DNA of 64,000 nucleotides, taken from NCBI GenBank assembly GCA_963665275.2, contig CAXXIN010000016.1:1-64000 (forward strand), read 5' to 3'. The translations under genes were made by a program, and so were the position numbers. This document shows, piece after piece, positions 1 through 12,263 of this stretch (its first letter is position 1; each line of letters opens with the position of its first letter). The DNA comes from Negativicutes bacterium (GTDB lineage Bacteria; Bacillota; Negativicutes; UBA1444). The notes beneath the pieces are model-generated. The model was not told where the DNA came from. It ran no database searches and saw nothing but the letters and a program-made list of their open reading frames with translations.

Positions 1-27
1 TCCTGCCGAGGGTGGATCAAAAGATGA

Positions 28-2954
<2,927 letters not shown>

Positions 2955-3014
2955 CGCACACCCTTTGTTTACAAGTTCCTCTTCTATGCAGTTGTGAGGG
3001 TACATCCCTCTATA

Positions 3015-3131
3015 TCCGGTGATGATGGCTGGGGGGTTCCACCCGTTCCCATCCCGAACACGGCAGTTAAGCCCCCATGCGCCGAGGGTACTTGGTTGGA
3101 AACGGCCTGGGAGAGTAGGTCGTCGCCGGTT
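3015..3131 (+). rRNA. rrf: 5S ribosomal RNA
   Basis: CACCCGTTCCCATCCCGAACACGGCAGTTAAGC and GGGAGAGTAGGTCGTCGCCGG; directly follows the 23S gene. Confidence 0.97.
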
Positions 3132-3136
3132 TCTAC

Positions 3137-3177
3137 AAAGCAAAACCCTTCTGCTTAAGGCAGAAGGGTTTTGCTTT
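3137..3177 (+). terminator. rRNA operon intrinsic terminator
   Basis: Perfect 18-bp inverted repeat AAAGCAAAACCCTTCTGC / GCAGAAGGGTTTTGCTTT right after 5S. Confidence 0.85.
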
Positions 3178-3275
3178 GCTATAATTATAATTTCTACATT
3201 TATATAGAAAAGATCTCTAATAAAAGCAGGAGATCGTCCACTTTAAGTAAAAATATATAAACAGTAGCTTTTGAA

Positions 3276-4613
3276 GATAGCGTACAATAAAATTCGCAAA
3301 AGTGAATAGGAAAAACCATCAGCAACTCCGAAAAGGTAAGTGTCCAGCAAACCAAGAAGGAGTGTATCGCCGATGGTTTACCAAGATTCTACCGTACCTT
3401 TTGAAAAAATGCTAATGAAATTTGTGGCAGACGACGATCCCATGCAGGAAATGCTTAAATGGCTCTGTGAACGACTCATGGCAGCTGAGGTGGACGGCAA
3501 GCTGGAAGCCCAAAAATCAGAGCGAACCCAAACTCGCCAAGGATATCGATCCGGTTACCGGGTACGGCGATTTGATACGCGAATGGGGACGATGTATCTG
3601 ATGGTGCCAAAGATTCGCAACGGCGGCTATATCCCTTTCTTTGTAGAAGCCCGGAAACGATCCGAAGCCGCGCTAATGAATGTCATTCAGGAAGCCTATG
3701 TGAACGGCGTATCTACACGGAAAATTGAGAAACTCACCAAAAGTTTGGGGATCGACTCCATCTCCCGCAGTCAGGTCTCGGCCATAACCAAAGAATTAAA
3801 CGAACAGGTGGAAGCCTTCCGCAATCGCCAGTTGGAAGAGACCTATCCGGTTCTATGGGTTGATGCCCTGTATGAGCGCATCCGTGATCATCACATGGTT
3901 AAAAACATGGCGGTACTGGTGGTCACAGGCATTAATATCGAAGGCAAACGTGATATCCTGGCCATTGAACCCATGGTTGAAGAATCAACTGCCACGTATA
4001 CCCAACTGTTCGACAATCTTAAAGCCCGGGGAGTAAAGAAGGTCTGGTTGGTTGTCTCGGATGCGCATAAGGGTCTGGTCAAAGCCGTGAGGGAATCCTT
4101 CGTTGGTTGCGCCTGGCAACGCTGCAAAGTCCATTTCATGCGAAATATCTTGGCCCATATATCCAGCCGGGAAAAGAAAACCTTTGCTGAAAAACTCAAG
4201 CAAATCTGGCTCCAGCCGGACTATGACAGCGCCAAAAAATATGCGACGTCCCTGATGGACGAATATGAAACAAGATATCCGGAAGCGATTGCAACGCTCG
4301 AAGAAGGATTGGCAGAATCGCTGCAGTTCTTCAGTTTCAATGAAATCGACTCGCGAAAAATATCCTCCACCAATCTGTTGGAACGGCTAAACAAGGAAAT
4401 TCGGCGTCGAACAAAGGTGGTCGGCATATTCCCGAGTATGGATTCCTATGTTCGCTTGGTAACCAGTTACCTGATTGAATACAGCGAGGACTGGTCCGGC
4501 GGGCGATCTTATATTCATCCCAAGATCATTACAGAGATCCAGCAAAAACTCGATGCGGCTGCTTAACCAAGCTGGAGTACCGATGGTTTTTGCGAACATT
4601 ATTTGACACTATC
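3276..4613 (+). mobile_element. IS256-family insertion sequence, complete
   Basis: Imperfect 26-bp terminal IRs (GATAGCGTACAATAAAATTCGCAAAA vs reverse complement of right end GATAGTGTCAAATAATGTTCGCAAAA). 8-bp target duplication CTTTTGAA at 3268-3275 and 4614-4621. Single transposase ORF. Confidence 0.93.
3373..4566 (+). CDS. IS256-family (mutator-type DDE) transposase
   Basis: Motifs GYRSGY.R...TRMG, GVSTRK, LWVDA, VSDAHKGL, WQRCKVHFMRN, STNLLERLNKEIRRR. AGGAG precedes ATG 3373. Confidence 0.95.
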   Translation: MVYQDSTVPFEKMLMKFVADDDPMQEMLKWLCERLMAAEVDGKLEAQKSERTQTRQGYRSGYRVRRFDTRMGTMYLMVPKIRNGGYIPFFVEARKRSEAALMNVIQEAYVNGVSTRKIEKLTKSLGIDSISRSQVSAITKELNEQVEAFRNRQLEETYPVLWVDALYERIRDHHMVKNMAVLVVTGINIEGKRDILAIEPMVEESTATYTQLFDNLKARGVKKVWLVVSDAHKGLVKAVRESFVGCAWQRCKVHFMRNILAHISSREKKTFAEKLKQIWLQPDYDSAKKYATSLMDEYETRYPEAIATLEEGLAESLQFFSFNEIDSRKISSTNLLERLNKEIRRRTKVVGIFPSMDSYVRLVTSYLIEYSEDWSGGRSYIHPKIITEIQQKLDAAA

Positions 4614-4704
4614 CTTTTGAAAGAATAAAGCTAGATAGTAGCTAATTTCCCGGGAAATGCAATTAATTATCATGTGGTTAGAGGCTAAGGAAGGAGTCGG
4701 CAGG

Positions 4705-5448
4705 ATGGATAAATTGAGGTTCCTGCGTCAGGGAGAGACAGGTTTGGTTGTAGAATTTAGCAACGAAATCGAACCGGCGGTAAATACACGCGTCCACTCG
4801 TTATCCCGCCGTATTGCAAGCGAATACGCACAAGTGATAGAAGCAGTGGTTCCGACGTATCGATCATTCCTTATATTCTTTGACCCGCTGTTGATTAGCA
4901 GAAAAGAGCTGATTGAGAAAATTGAAGAAACAAATGCCGCCATGCAAAGTGATATGGCGGACGCAGTAAAAACCCAAACGGTAATAATACCAACTCTATA
5001 CGGTGGTGAAGTAGGTCCAGATATTGAGTTTGTTGCAGAACATAATAGTCTTACCGTTGATGAGGTAATTCAGATACATACTTCGGTTCCTTACAGAATT
5101 TATATGATGGGGTTCACGCCAGGCTTTCCGTATTTGGGCGGCATGTCCGACAAAATTGCAACACCCCGCTTGAATACCCCCCGTACGAAAATACCTGCTG
5201 GATCCGTAGGCATTGCGGGGTCCCAAACTGGACTATATCCTGTAGAAAGCCCAGGAGGATGGCAACTAATCGGCCGGACGCCTCTAAAAGTTTTTAACCC
5301 TGCAAGTATAGAGCCATTTATATATGCTGCCGGTGATTTTTTGCAATTCGAATCGATATCTATGGCAGAATATACCCGCATTCAGAAGGACGTTGAGCAA
5401 GGGCGCTACAGCCTGCGCACTTTCCCGGCGAAGGAGGCGTTCAGATGA
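4705..5448 (+). CDS. pxpB: 5-oxoprolinase subunit B (KipI/AHS1 family)
   Basis: VPTYRS, YGGEVGPDI, GFTPGFPYLGG, PAGSVGIAG, SPGGWQLIGRTP. Start moved to ATG after AAGGAG. Confidence 0.9.
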   Translation: MDKLRFLRQGETGLVVEFSNEIEPAVNTRVHSLSRRIASEYAQVIEAVVPTYRSFLIFFDPLLISRKELIEKIEETNAAMQSDMADAVKTQTVIIPTLYGGEVGPDIEFVAEHNSLTVDEVIQIHTSVPYRIYMMGFTPGFPYLGGMSDKIATPRLNTPRTKIPAGSVGIAGSQTGLYPVESPGGWQLIGRTPLKVFNPASIEPFIYAAGDFLQFESISMAEYTRIQKDVEQGRYSLRTFPAKEAFR

Positions 5449-6482
5449 TAACAGTTTTGCAACCAGGCCTACTAAGCACTATTCAGGATGACGGGCGGCA
5501 GGACTACTTGGCATATGGATTACCGCGTGCTGGCGTGATGGACCGATATGCTTCCCGAATGGCAAATCTTCTTTGCGGAAATCCACTAAGTGCCGCCGTT
5601 ATTGAGATGACGCTGATGGGTGGTTCGTTTCGGTTTGAACAATCCTGTCGAATTGCTATCTGTGGCGGAGAGATGGCACCTCGCCTGAATAACGATATGA
5701 TTGACCAGTGGAAAGCCTTCGATGTTAAGTCTGGCGATGTTTTGGTATTGGGATATGCACAAAGCGGTTGCCGAAGCTACCTGGCGGTGAGCGGCGGAAT
5801 CGAAGTCCCTGTAGTTCTTGGCAGCCGGTCAACATATACCAGAGCAAATGTCGGAGGTATCGATGGCCGCTCGCTACGCGCAGCTGACAGGATCGCTTTG
5901 GGCGAAATGCCGCCAGTGCAAGTTCAGCCGATAAAATTGGATAGCACCTTTATCCCTCCTTATCCTGAAAAAATCTCACTACGCGTTATGTTGGGGCCGC
6001 AGGATGATCTTTTCCTGCCGGAAGGAATTGAGACATTTGTTTCAGCAGAATATATAGTTACCGATGAGGCTGACAGGATGGGATATCGGCTGGAGGGGCC
6101 AATGATCCGGCATGCAGGAAAAGCTGATATCGTATCTGATGCATTAGGACGGGGCGCCGTACAAGTTCCTGGCAACGGGCAGCCGATTGTGATGATGGCT
6201 GATTGCGGCACAACCGGCGGCTATGCGAAAATCGCGACAGTGATTGGTGCGGATTTCTGGCGTCTGGCACAGACCAAGCCCCATGACATGATTAAATTTA
6301 TACTGTGTTCTGAAAATGAAGCGGTGCAAGCGCTGGCAGAAGAAAGGGAGATATATCGACGGGTCGCGAAGCAGGTAGCCGGGGGCCCGACAGAAACGCC
6401 CCTTTTAAAACCAGAAAGCAGGTCCATGAGGGTTTTGATCCAAAATCAAAGTTATCAGATTGAGATTGAAGAGGTGAAATAA
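5445..6482 (+). CDS. pxpC: 5-oxoprolinase subunit C (KipA/AHS2 family) with a C-terminal extension
   Basis: PGLLSTIQDDGR, GCRSYLAVSGG, ADRMGYRLEG, GAVQVPGNGQPI, TTGGYAKIA. ATGA overlap with pxpB. Confidence 0.9.
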   Translation: MITVLQPGLLSTIQDDGRQDYLAYGLPRAGVMDRYASRMANLLCGNPLSAAVIEMTLMGGSFRFEQSCRIAICGGEMAPRLNNDMIDQWKAFDVKSGDVLVLGYAQSGCRSYLAVSGGIEVPVVLGSRSTYTRANVGGIDGRSLRAADRIALGEMPPVQVQPIKLDSTFIPPYPEKISLRVMLGPQDDLFLPEGIETFVSAEYIVTDEADRMGYRLEGPMIRHAGKADIVSDALGRGAVQVPGNGQPIVMMADCGTTGGYAKIATVIGADFWRLAQTKPHDMIKFILCSENEAVQALAEEREIYRRVAKQVAGGPTETPLLKPESRSMRVLIQNQSYQIEIEEVK

Positions 6483-6485
6483 TCG

Positions 6486-7247
6486 ATGAAAATGATTGAT
6501 TTGAACTGTGACATGGGCGAAAGTTTCGGTACTTATGTACTGGGATATGATGAACAGGCGATGCCTTTCGTTACTTCCATCAATGTGGCGTGTGGCTTTC
6601 ATGCTTCAGATCCCGATAACATGGCGAAGACAGTAAAACTGGCGAAGAAGCATGGAATTGCTGTCGGTGCCCATCCGGGATTTCCTGATCTGGTTGGTTT
6701 CGGACGCCGTTCGATGGCTTTGAGTCCGGATGAAGTTAAAAACACAGTGATGTATCAAATTGGGGCATTGAATGCTTTTTGCCGTGCAGAGGGAATAAAA
6801 ATGCAGCATGTTAAGGCGCACGGTGCATTATATAATATGGCGGAAAAGGATCTATCGATTGCCATGGCGATTGCTGCCGCCATCAAGGCTGTTGATCCCA
6901 AGCTTTATATGCTTTGCCTCGCGAATTCGCAAATGGTCGCTGCCGCGAAACAGATAGGAGTTCCTTTGGTTGAGGAATCTTTTGCAGACAGGGCTTATAC
7001 CGATGAAGGAACCTTGGTCTCGCGAAAGCAGCCAGGATCGGTCATTCATGATATTGAGCAGGTGGTGATCCGGGTGGTCCGGATGGTCAAAGATCAGTCC
7101 GTTATTTCCATTACCGGCAAAGAGGTGCCAATTCAGACACAAACAATCTGCGTGCATGGCGATACTCCAGGAGCTGTTGACATGGTAAAGGCCATTAGGG
7201 CTGCACTGGAAAAAGAAAATATCGTGCTTCGCGCATTTGGGGCTTAG
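6486..7247 (+). CDS. pxpA: 5-oxoprolinase subunit A (LamB/YcsF family)
   Basis: IDLNCDMGESFG, NVACGFHA, GAHPGFPDLVGFGRR, HVKAHGALYN, ICVHGDTPGA. Confidence 0.93.
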   Translation: MKMIDLNCDMGESFGTYVLGYDEQAMPFVTSINVACGFHASDPDNMAKTVKLAKKHGIAVGAHPGFPDLVGFGRRSMALSPDEVKNTVMYQIGALNAFCRAEGIKMQHVKAHGALYNMAEKDLSIAMAIAAAIKAVDPKLYMLCLANSQMVAAAKQIGVPLVEESFADRAYTDEGTLVSRKQPGSVIHDIEQVVIRVVRMVKDQSVISITGKEVPIQTQTICVHGDTPGAVDMVKAIRAALEKENIVLRAFGA

Positions 7248-7317
7248 CCATATAATGGGTTTCCTGTTTCTGTGATTTAGTGTATGATTAATATATATCA
7301 ATTATGGAGGTGTTAGT

Positions 7318-7674
7318 ATGGCTATTTTGGATGTATTTGAAAAAGTTAAGAAACAACGGAAAGCGGCAGAACAGAAAAAAGTGTTGAAAAACGTAGCCGT
7401 AGGGGCAGCGCTTGGCGCAACAGTTGGAGCGGTTGCCGGAGTCCTGCTGGCACCTAAATCCGGCAAAGAAACCCGTGAAGACTTGGCGCAGGCAGCTAAA
7501 GAAGCTGTCGAAAAAGCGAAAGAGAAAATTGAAGTTGTTAAAGAAAAAGCAGAAGAAGTTGTTGAGGAAGTAAAAGGGAAAGTCAAGAAGAAAATGGAGA
7601 CCTATGAGTGCGGCTGCTCGGATAGTGAAGTGCCTCCTGTCGAAATAACGCCAAATGAAGCTGAAAAAAAATAA
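7318..7674 (+). CDS. YtxH-domain protein
   Basis: GAALGATVGAVAGVLLAPKSGKETREDL signature followed by a Lys/Glu-rich helix. Confidence 0.85.
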   Translation: MAILDVFEKVKKQRKAAEQKKVLKNVAVGAALGATVGAVAGVLLAPKSGKETREDLAQAAKEAVEKAKEKIEVVKEKAEEVVEEVKGKVKKKMETYECGCSDSEVPPVEITPNEAEKK

Positions 7675-7719
7675 TCTAAAGGTCGTTGTTTTGAGAATAA
7701 GCGCAACCGGAAAGAAGGG

Positions 7720-8106
7720 ATGCTAGTGTACATTTCCCTGTACGATGTTGGGTTGCTGATATTGTTTGCGATGGCATTGGCGATTGGATTTTACCTCATC
7801 GCAGCGTTGCGAAAAATTGCAGCGGTTGTTACACAAGTCAACGGAATGCTCGAAGATAACCGGGAGTCACTAGGCGCTACACTGGAAGTTTTGCCGGAGC
7901 TTTTATCCAACAGCAATGAAGTTGTTGTTGGGGTTCGAAAGACAATCGATTCGGCAAGTTCTGCGGTAACAACACTCGAGGACAATCTCACTGACACGGC
8001 CGACAAAGTGCAGGAAACGATGGAAACCGCGCTTTTATACGCTCGTTGTGCAGGAGAAGTTGCTAAGGCAGTAGTTGGTGCATTTTCGAAAAATAGTGAC
8101 AAATGA
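7720..8106 (+). CDS. DUF948/YoxC-like membrane-anchored coiled-coil protein
   Basis: One N-terminal TM helix and an amphipathic helical remainder; adjacent to YtxH. Confidence 0.6.
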   Translation: MLVYISLYDVGLLILFAMALAIGFYLIAALRKIAAVVTQVNGMLEDNRESLGATLEVLPELLSNSNEVVVGVRKTIDSASSAVTTLEDNLTDTADKVQETMETALLYARCAGEVAKAVVGAFSKNSDK

Positions 8107-8127
8107 ATTAGAGTTATTAAGATGGAA

Positions 8128-8170
8128 AAGAGGCCTCGGCGCACTTGAATCGCGTCGAGGCCTCTTCTTG
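8128..8170 (+). terminator. intrinsic terminator
   Basis: AAGAGGCCTCGGCGC...GCGTCGAGGCCTCTT hairpin followed by a T-rich tail. Confidence 0.7.
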
Positions 8171-8203
8171 TTTCGAAGAATGGCAGCATTAATTATTAGA
8201 TAC

Positions 8204-8232
8204 TTGCGACTATTACGCGCCGGCAGTAAAAT
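8204..8232 (+). promoter_or_regulatory. sigma70/sigmaA-type promoter candidate
   Basis: TTGCGA-N17-TAAAAT upstream of the 8317 gene. Confidence 0.5.
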
Positions 8233-8316
8233 AAAATCAATATAATATAGTAAAATAATAATGCAACAGAATCACCGGGAGGCCCCGGCATATCGAGCGA
8301 AAAGGAGGGGGTAATC

Positions 8317-8949
8317 GTGAAAAAAAAATTAGCCCTGGCGATGGTCATATTGAGTCTGCTTACAGGAGCACAACTAGTATCGAGTGAAAGTGTTGAAGCT
8401 GCATGCCAAGAGTTTGCGAATGATACGCTTCAGTATTATAAAGCTGATATGGCAACAACTTTTAAAGCAGGAACAATCTGTTTCTATGACAACAATAAGT
8501 TTGTTAGTTTAGGAACCCTACGAACGAACACCTCGCTGCACTATAAAGCGGACGGATTCACGACGTTCATGGGAGGAAAGGAAGTTCGCTTCGGCCCCGA
8601 AGGATATGTTATTGCAGGGGCTCTTTACAACAACGCTACATTATACTACAAACCCGAAGGATATGCGATCTTTATGGGCGGCCAAGCCGTGAGATTCGGG
8701 ACAAAAGGTTTTATTGAAAGCGGGACGTTGTATAGTAGTACAAAATTATATTATAAAGCGGATAGTTACGCCGTATTCGCGGGAGGGCAGGCGATCTTCT
8801 TTCGACCACTCGATGCAGTAAGGGGTGGAGGGTTTGTGACCAATGGCGTGCTGGCGACTGACACAACTCTATATTACGCGCCAGGACAGTCACGGACATA
8901 TCAGGGGGGAAGCCGCGTCAGCTTTAGCCAGGAAGGCTGGGCAAACTAA
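8317..8949 (+). CDS. Secreted protein with five ~35-aa beta-strand repeats (function unknown)
   Basis: Signal peptide MKKKLALAMVILSLL...VEA; repeats of the form LxYKxxxxxxFxGGxxVxFxxxGxVxxGxL; strong RBS AAGGAGGGG. Confidence 0.8.
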   Translation: MKKKLALAMVILSLLTGAQLVSSESVEAACQEFANDTLQYYKADMATTFKAGTICFYDNNKFVSLGTLRTNTSLHYKADGFTTFMGGKEVRFGPEGYVIAGALYNNATLYYKPEGYAIFMGGQAVRFGTKGFIESGTLYSSTKLYYKADSYAVFAGGQAIFFRPLDAVRGGGFVTNGVLATDTTLYYAPGQSRTYQGGSRVSFSQEGWAN

Positions 8950-8974
8950 GTTGCCGTCAATATTTCCTTGAAGC

Positions 8975-9042
8975 CAATAAAAAAGAGTTGAGAATTATCG
9001 ATTTGCTAAAGCAAGTCGATAATTCTCAACTCTTTTTTATTG
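8975..9042. terminator. Long bidirectional terminator / inverted repeat
   Basis: Inverted repeat with ~33-nt arms and one G-U-type mismatch, flanked by A and T runs. Confidence 0.75.
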
Positions 9043-9086
9043 AACGAAAAAGAATGACAATTTATCGAACATATTTTTTATAATTG

Positions 9087-9113
9087 GCAGGATTATTCGA
9101 TAAATAATAGAAT
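9087..9113 (+). promoter_or_regulatory. sigmaH-like promoter candidate for acoR
   Basis: GCAGGA-N17-GAAT. Confidence 0.45.
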
Positions 9114-9189
9114 TGTTTAAATATTGCAATTGCCTAGTGTTCAAAAAACGTACAAACGGATCTGAAAAGCCGGCAGGAAAGGATCATCG

Positions 9190-11103
9190 ATGGAAAATAA
9201 AAAGAAATTGATTGACGAGTCATGGGAACGATGTCGAAAGTACGGAGTGGATCAATCCTGCGGACATCCAGCTGTCGTAGTGACAGGGAAAGAGTTGGAA
9301 GCGTTACTGAATGACTGCGGTGAACTGATTGACGCCGCCCGTCCGCTGATGCAGAGCCTATATGAACTGGTTGCCAGTTCGGGGTTTGTGGTTGTGTTGC
9401 TCAATGCCGAAGGATACATCATAGAAGTTATCGGCGAGATGTACGAGGCGAAATCGGCCTGGACCCAATATTATGCCCGTGGAATCAAATGGACGGAGGA
9501 ATTGGTTGGAACTTCTGCATTGGGACTTGCCTTGCTTGGACAAGGGCCGATACAGGTTGCCGGTAAGGAACATTATTGCAAAGCATATGAAGAATGGACC
9601 TGTTCAGCTGCGCCCCTAACCGACGACCACGGAGCGGTGATGGGAGTCTTGAGCGTTACCGGCAGTCGGGCAGATGTGCACTCCCACACTCTGGGGATGG
9701 TTGTTTCGGCAGCTGCGGCGATCAGCAACACGATCAAGGTTCGGCGGGCGCAAAAGCAACTGGAAGACACGGCCCGCTTGCATGCGACCATCATTAATTC
9801 TGTTTCAGACGGGTTGTTGATGATCAACGCGCAAGGTTTCGTAACCTTTATCAATCCGACCGGCGCTAAGATCCTCAATGTGAAAGTGCAGGAGTCTATA
9901 GGCAAACACATTCAGGAGCTGGTCGATTTCAAGCCGGTGGTCTTGAAAGTTCTTGAAACAGGACAAGGCTATACCGACAAGGAATTTTTCATCGAGACCA
10001 AACGGGGGGTTCTGCATTTTATCAAAACCGCAATTCCTTTAAAAGATAAAGATGGGAAAATGGAAGGAGTCGTAGATATTTTTCGGGAAATCCGACAAGT
10101 CCGCAAATTGGTCAACCGCATGGTAGGCGCCACAGCCATGTTTTCGTTCGACGACATTGTGGGAGAAAGCGCCTGTATGATAGAAATCAAAAGGTTGGCG
10201 AAAATCGCCGCCAATAGTTTGGCAACAGTATTGATCCAAGGTGAAAGCGGCACTGGGAAAGAGATGGTAGCTCAAGCGATTCATAAGTCCAGCCCCCGTT
10301 CGGACGGTCCTTTCGTAGCAATCAATTGTGGGGCCTTACCGCGCGATCTAGTGGAAAGTGAATTGTTCGGCTATGAAGACGGGGCTTTTACCGGCGCGCG
10401 CCAGGGAGGGAGACCGGGAAAATTCGAACTGGCGCAGGGCGGCACAATATTTTTGGATGAAATCGGTGAAATGTCGCTGGATGTACAGGTCAAAATATTG
10501 CGGGTTTTGCAGGACAAGCGAATTTTACGGGTCGGCGGGGCCCGCTATATGGATGTCGATGTCCGCGTTATCGCCGCAACCAATAGGGAGTTGCTGCGTG
10601 CAGTTGGCGAAGGCAGTTTCCGTCAGGATCTGTACTATCGTCTCAATGTATTGCCAATCAATGTTCCGCCTTTGCGCGACAGACGGGAAGATATAGATCG
10701 GTTGGCTGTATTCTTCATGGCGAAAACCTGTGAACAACTAGGGGTTCCCTTAAAACGTCTCTCCGCATCGGCGATTGCTGTTTTGCGCCGCCAAGAGTGG
10801 CCCGGAAATGCTAGAGAGCTGGAAAACATTATTGAAAGAGCCGTTCATCTTTGTGAAGTCGAAGAAATCACTGAGCAGCATTTGCCGATGACGCTATCGG
10901 CCCAACAAAACAACGCATATCGGGAAAATCGGTCACTGAGGGATATCGAAAGGGTTGCAATCGAAGAAACCCTCAACAAGACCCAGTGGAATGTATCACG
11001 AACCGCTCGCCTGCTCGGCGTTGGTAGGAACACTCTTTATGGTAAAATCCGTGAATATCAGATTGAAGAAAGACGAGATCACCGTTCGTTTTTGGAACAG
11101 TAG
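9190..11103 (+). CDS. acoR: AcoR-type sigma54-dependent activator (GAF-PAS-AAA-HTH)
   Basis: N-terminal SWERC GAF region, [28 protein letters not shown]-like motif, Fis-type HTH. Confidence 0.88.
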   Translation: MENKKKLIDESWERCRKYGVDQSCGHPAVVVTGKELEALLNDCGELIDAARPLMQSLYELVASSGFVVVLLNAEGYIIEVIGEMYEAKSAWTQYYARGIKWTEELVGTSALGLALLGQGPIQVAGKEHYCKAYEEWTCSAAPLTDDHGAVMGVLSVTGSRADVHSHTLGMVVSAAAAISNTIKVRRAQKQLEDTARLHATIINSVSDGLLMINAQGFVTFINPTGAKILNVKVQESIGKHIQELVDFKPVVLKVLETGQGYTDKEFFIETKRGVLHFIKTAIPLKDKDGKMEGVVDIFREIRQVRKLVNRMVGATAMFSFDDIVGESACMIEIKRLAKIAANSLATVLIQGESGTGKEMVAQAIHKSSPRSDGPFVAINCGALPRDLVESELFGYEDGAFTGARQGGRPGKFELAQGGTIFLDEIGEMSLDVQVKILRVLQDKRILRVGGARYMDVDVRVIAATNRELLRAVGEGSFRQDLYYRLNVLPINVPPLRDRREDIDRLAVFFMAKTCEQLGVPLKRLSASAIAVLRRQEWPGNARELENIIERAVHLCEVEEITEQHLPMTLSAQQNNAYRENRSLRDIERVAIEETLNKTQWNVSRTARLLGVGRNTLYGKIREYQIEERRDHRSFLEQ

Positions 11104-11120
11104 TGTTCTGTTGTAGAGCA
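11083..11120. promoter_or_regulatory. Putative AcoR upstream activating sites (two 17-bp imperfect palindromes)
   Basis: CGTTCGTTTTTGGAACA (11083-11099) and TGTTCTGTTGTAGAGCA (11104-11120), ~100-135 bp upstream of the sigma54 promoter. A related TGTTCAAAAAACGTACA at 9138-9154 lies in the acoR leader. Confidence 0.5.
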
Positions 11121-11216
11121 AAAATCTCGACAACGAAACAAATATAAAATGCTGTTATCACGCGTATTCACAGTAAATGCGGGTGCTGCGAGCATTAGTA
11201 AGGGGAGATGGCTTTG

Positions 11217-11233
11217 TTGGCATGCTTTGTGCA
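11217..11233 (+). promoter_or_regulatory. sigma54 (-24/-12) promoter
   Basis: TTGGCATGCTTTGTGCA with GG-N10-GC spacing, between acoR and E1 alpha. Confidence 0.85.
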
Positions 11234-11284
11234 TAGTTATCTCTTCGCGTGAAATGCCGCAAATTCAAAAGGGGGGAACACACA

Positions 11285-12262
11285 TTGGCGTATAAGAAGG
11301 AGTATTTGCACAATCTCTACCGAACCATGGTAAGAATCCGGCTGTTTGAAGAAAAAGTGAATGAATGCTTTCTGGGAGGCGAATTGCCTGGCTTTGTGCA
11401 TCTTTATATTGGAGAAGAAGCCATTGCAACAGGTCTTTTGTCTGAATTGAAACAAGATGACTACATCACGAGCACGCATCGGGGCCACGGGCATTGTATT
11501 GCCAAAGGAGCGAAGATCAAACCGATGATGGCCGAAATATTTGGCAAATCGACAGGTTATTGCAAAGGCAAAGGCGGCTCCATGCATATTGCCGATTTTT
11601 CTGTGGGCATGCTGGGCGCTAATGGCGTTGTCGGCGGCGGGATCAATTTGGCCGTCGGTGCTGCATTGGCCTCGAAAATGAAAAAAAGCGGCCAAGTTGC
11701 CGTGACGTTCTTTGGTGATGGCGGCGCCAATCGCGGCACAGTGCACGAGGGTATGAATATGGCGGCAATTTGGAAGTTGCCGGTGATTTTTGTTTGCGAG
11801 TTCAATGAATATGCGTCCACGACCCCCAGCAGCTACGGCACGTCGGTACCGAACGTATCGAGTCGCGCTCAGGGTTATGGAATGCCATCCGCCATCGTCG
11901 ACGGAAACGACGTGTTCGCGGTTAATGCGGCATCGAAAATCGCCCTGGACTATGTTCGTTCCGGCAAGGGGCCCTATATGCTGGAATTCAAGACCTATCG
12001 GGTCAAAGGACATTTCGTGGGCGATCCGGAGATGTACCGGAGCAAACAGGAAGTTCAGGATCATTTTGAAAACAATGATCCGATCAAAAATTTCACTAAA
12101 ATTGTTTTGGCGAAGAAGTGGCTGTCCCAAAAAGATCTTGACACTATTCATGCCGAAGTGGAACAAGAAGTAAGCGTTGCTGTGGATGCGGCCCGTACAG
12201 ATCCTTATCCGGCCGACAGTGAGTTATTCAATGACTACTATGTTGAAGGCGGGGTGAGGTAA
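11285..12262 (+). CDS. acoA: TPP-dependent dehydrogenase E1 alpha (acetoin dehydrogenase-like)
   Basis: PGFVHLYIGEEA, STHRGHGH, GKGGSMH, TPP motif GDGGANRG...N, TYRVKGHFVGD. TTG start after GGGGG. Confidence 0.85.
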   Translation: MAYKKEYLHNLYRTMVRIRLFEEKVNECFLGGELPGFVHLYIGEEAIATGLLSELKQDDYITSTHRGHGHCIAKGAKIKPMMAEIFGKSTGYCKGKGGSMHIADFSVGMLGANGVVGGGINLAVGAALASKMKKSGQVAVTFFGDGGANRGTVHEGMNMAAIWKLPVIFVCEFNEYASTTPSSYGTSVPNVSSRAQGYGMPSAIVDGNDVFAVNAASKIALDYVRSGKGPYMLEFKTYRVKGHFVGDPEMYRSKQEVQDHFENNDPIKNFTKIVLAKKWLSQKDLDTIHAEVEQEVSVAVDAARTDPYPADSELFNDYYVEGGVR

Positions 12263-12263
12263 T

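Noticed and set aside
11237-12166. Long antisense ORFs here and at 13428-14159, 16731-17420, 38353-39177 and 51121-52215
   Set aside because: They are shadows of well-supported plus-strand genes and have no RBS or recognisable motifs.
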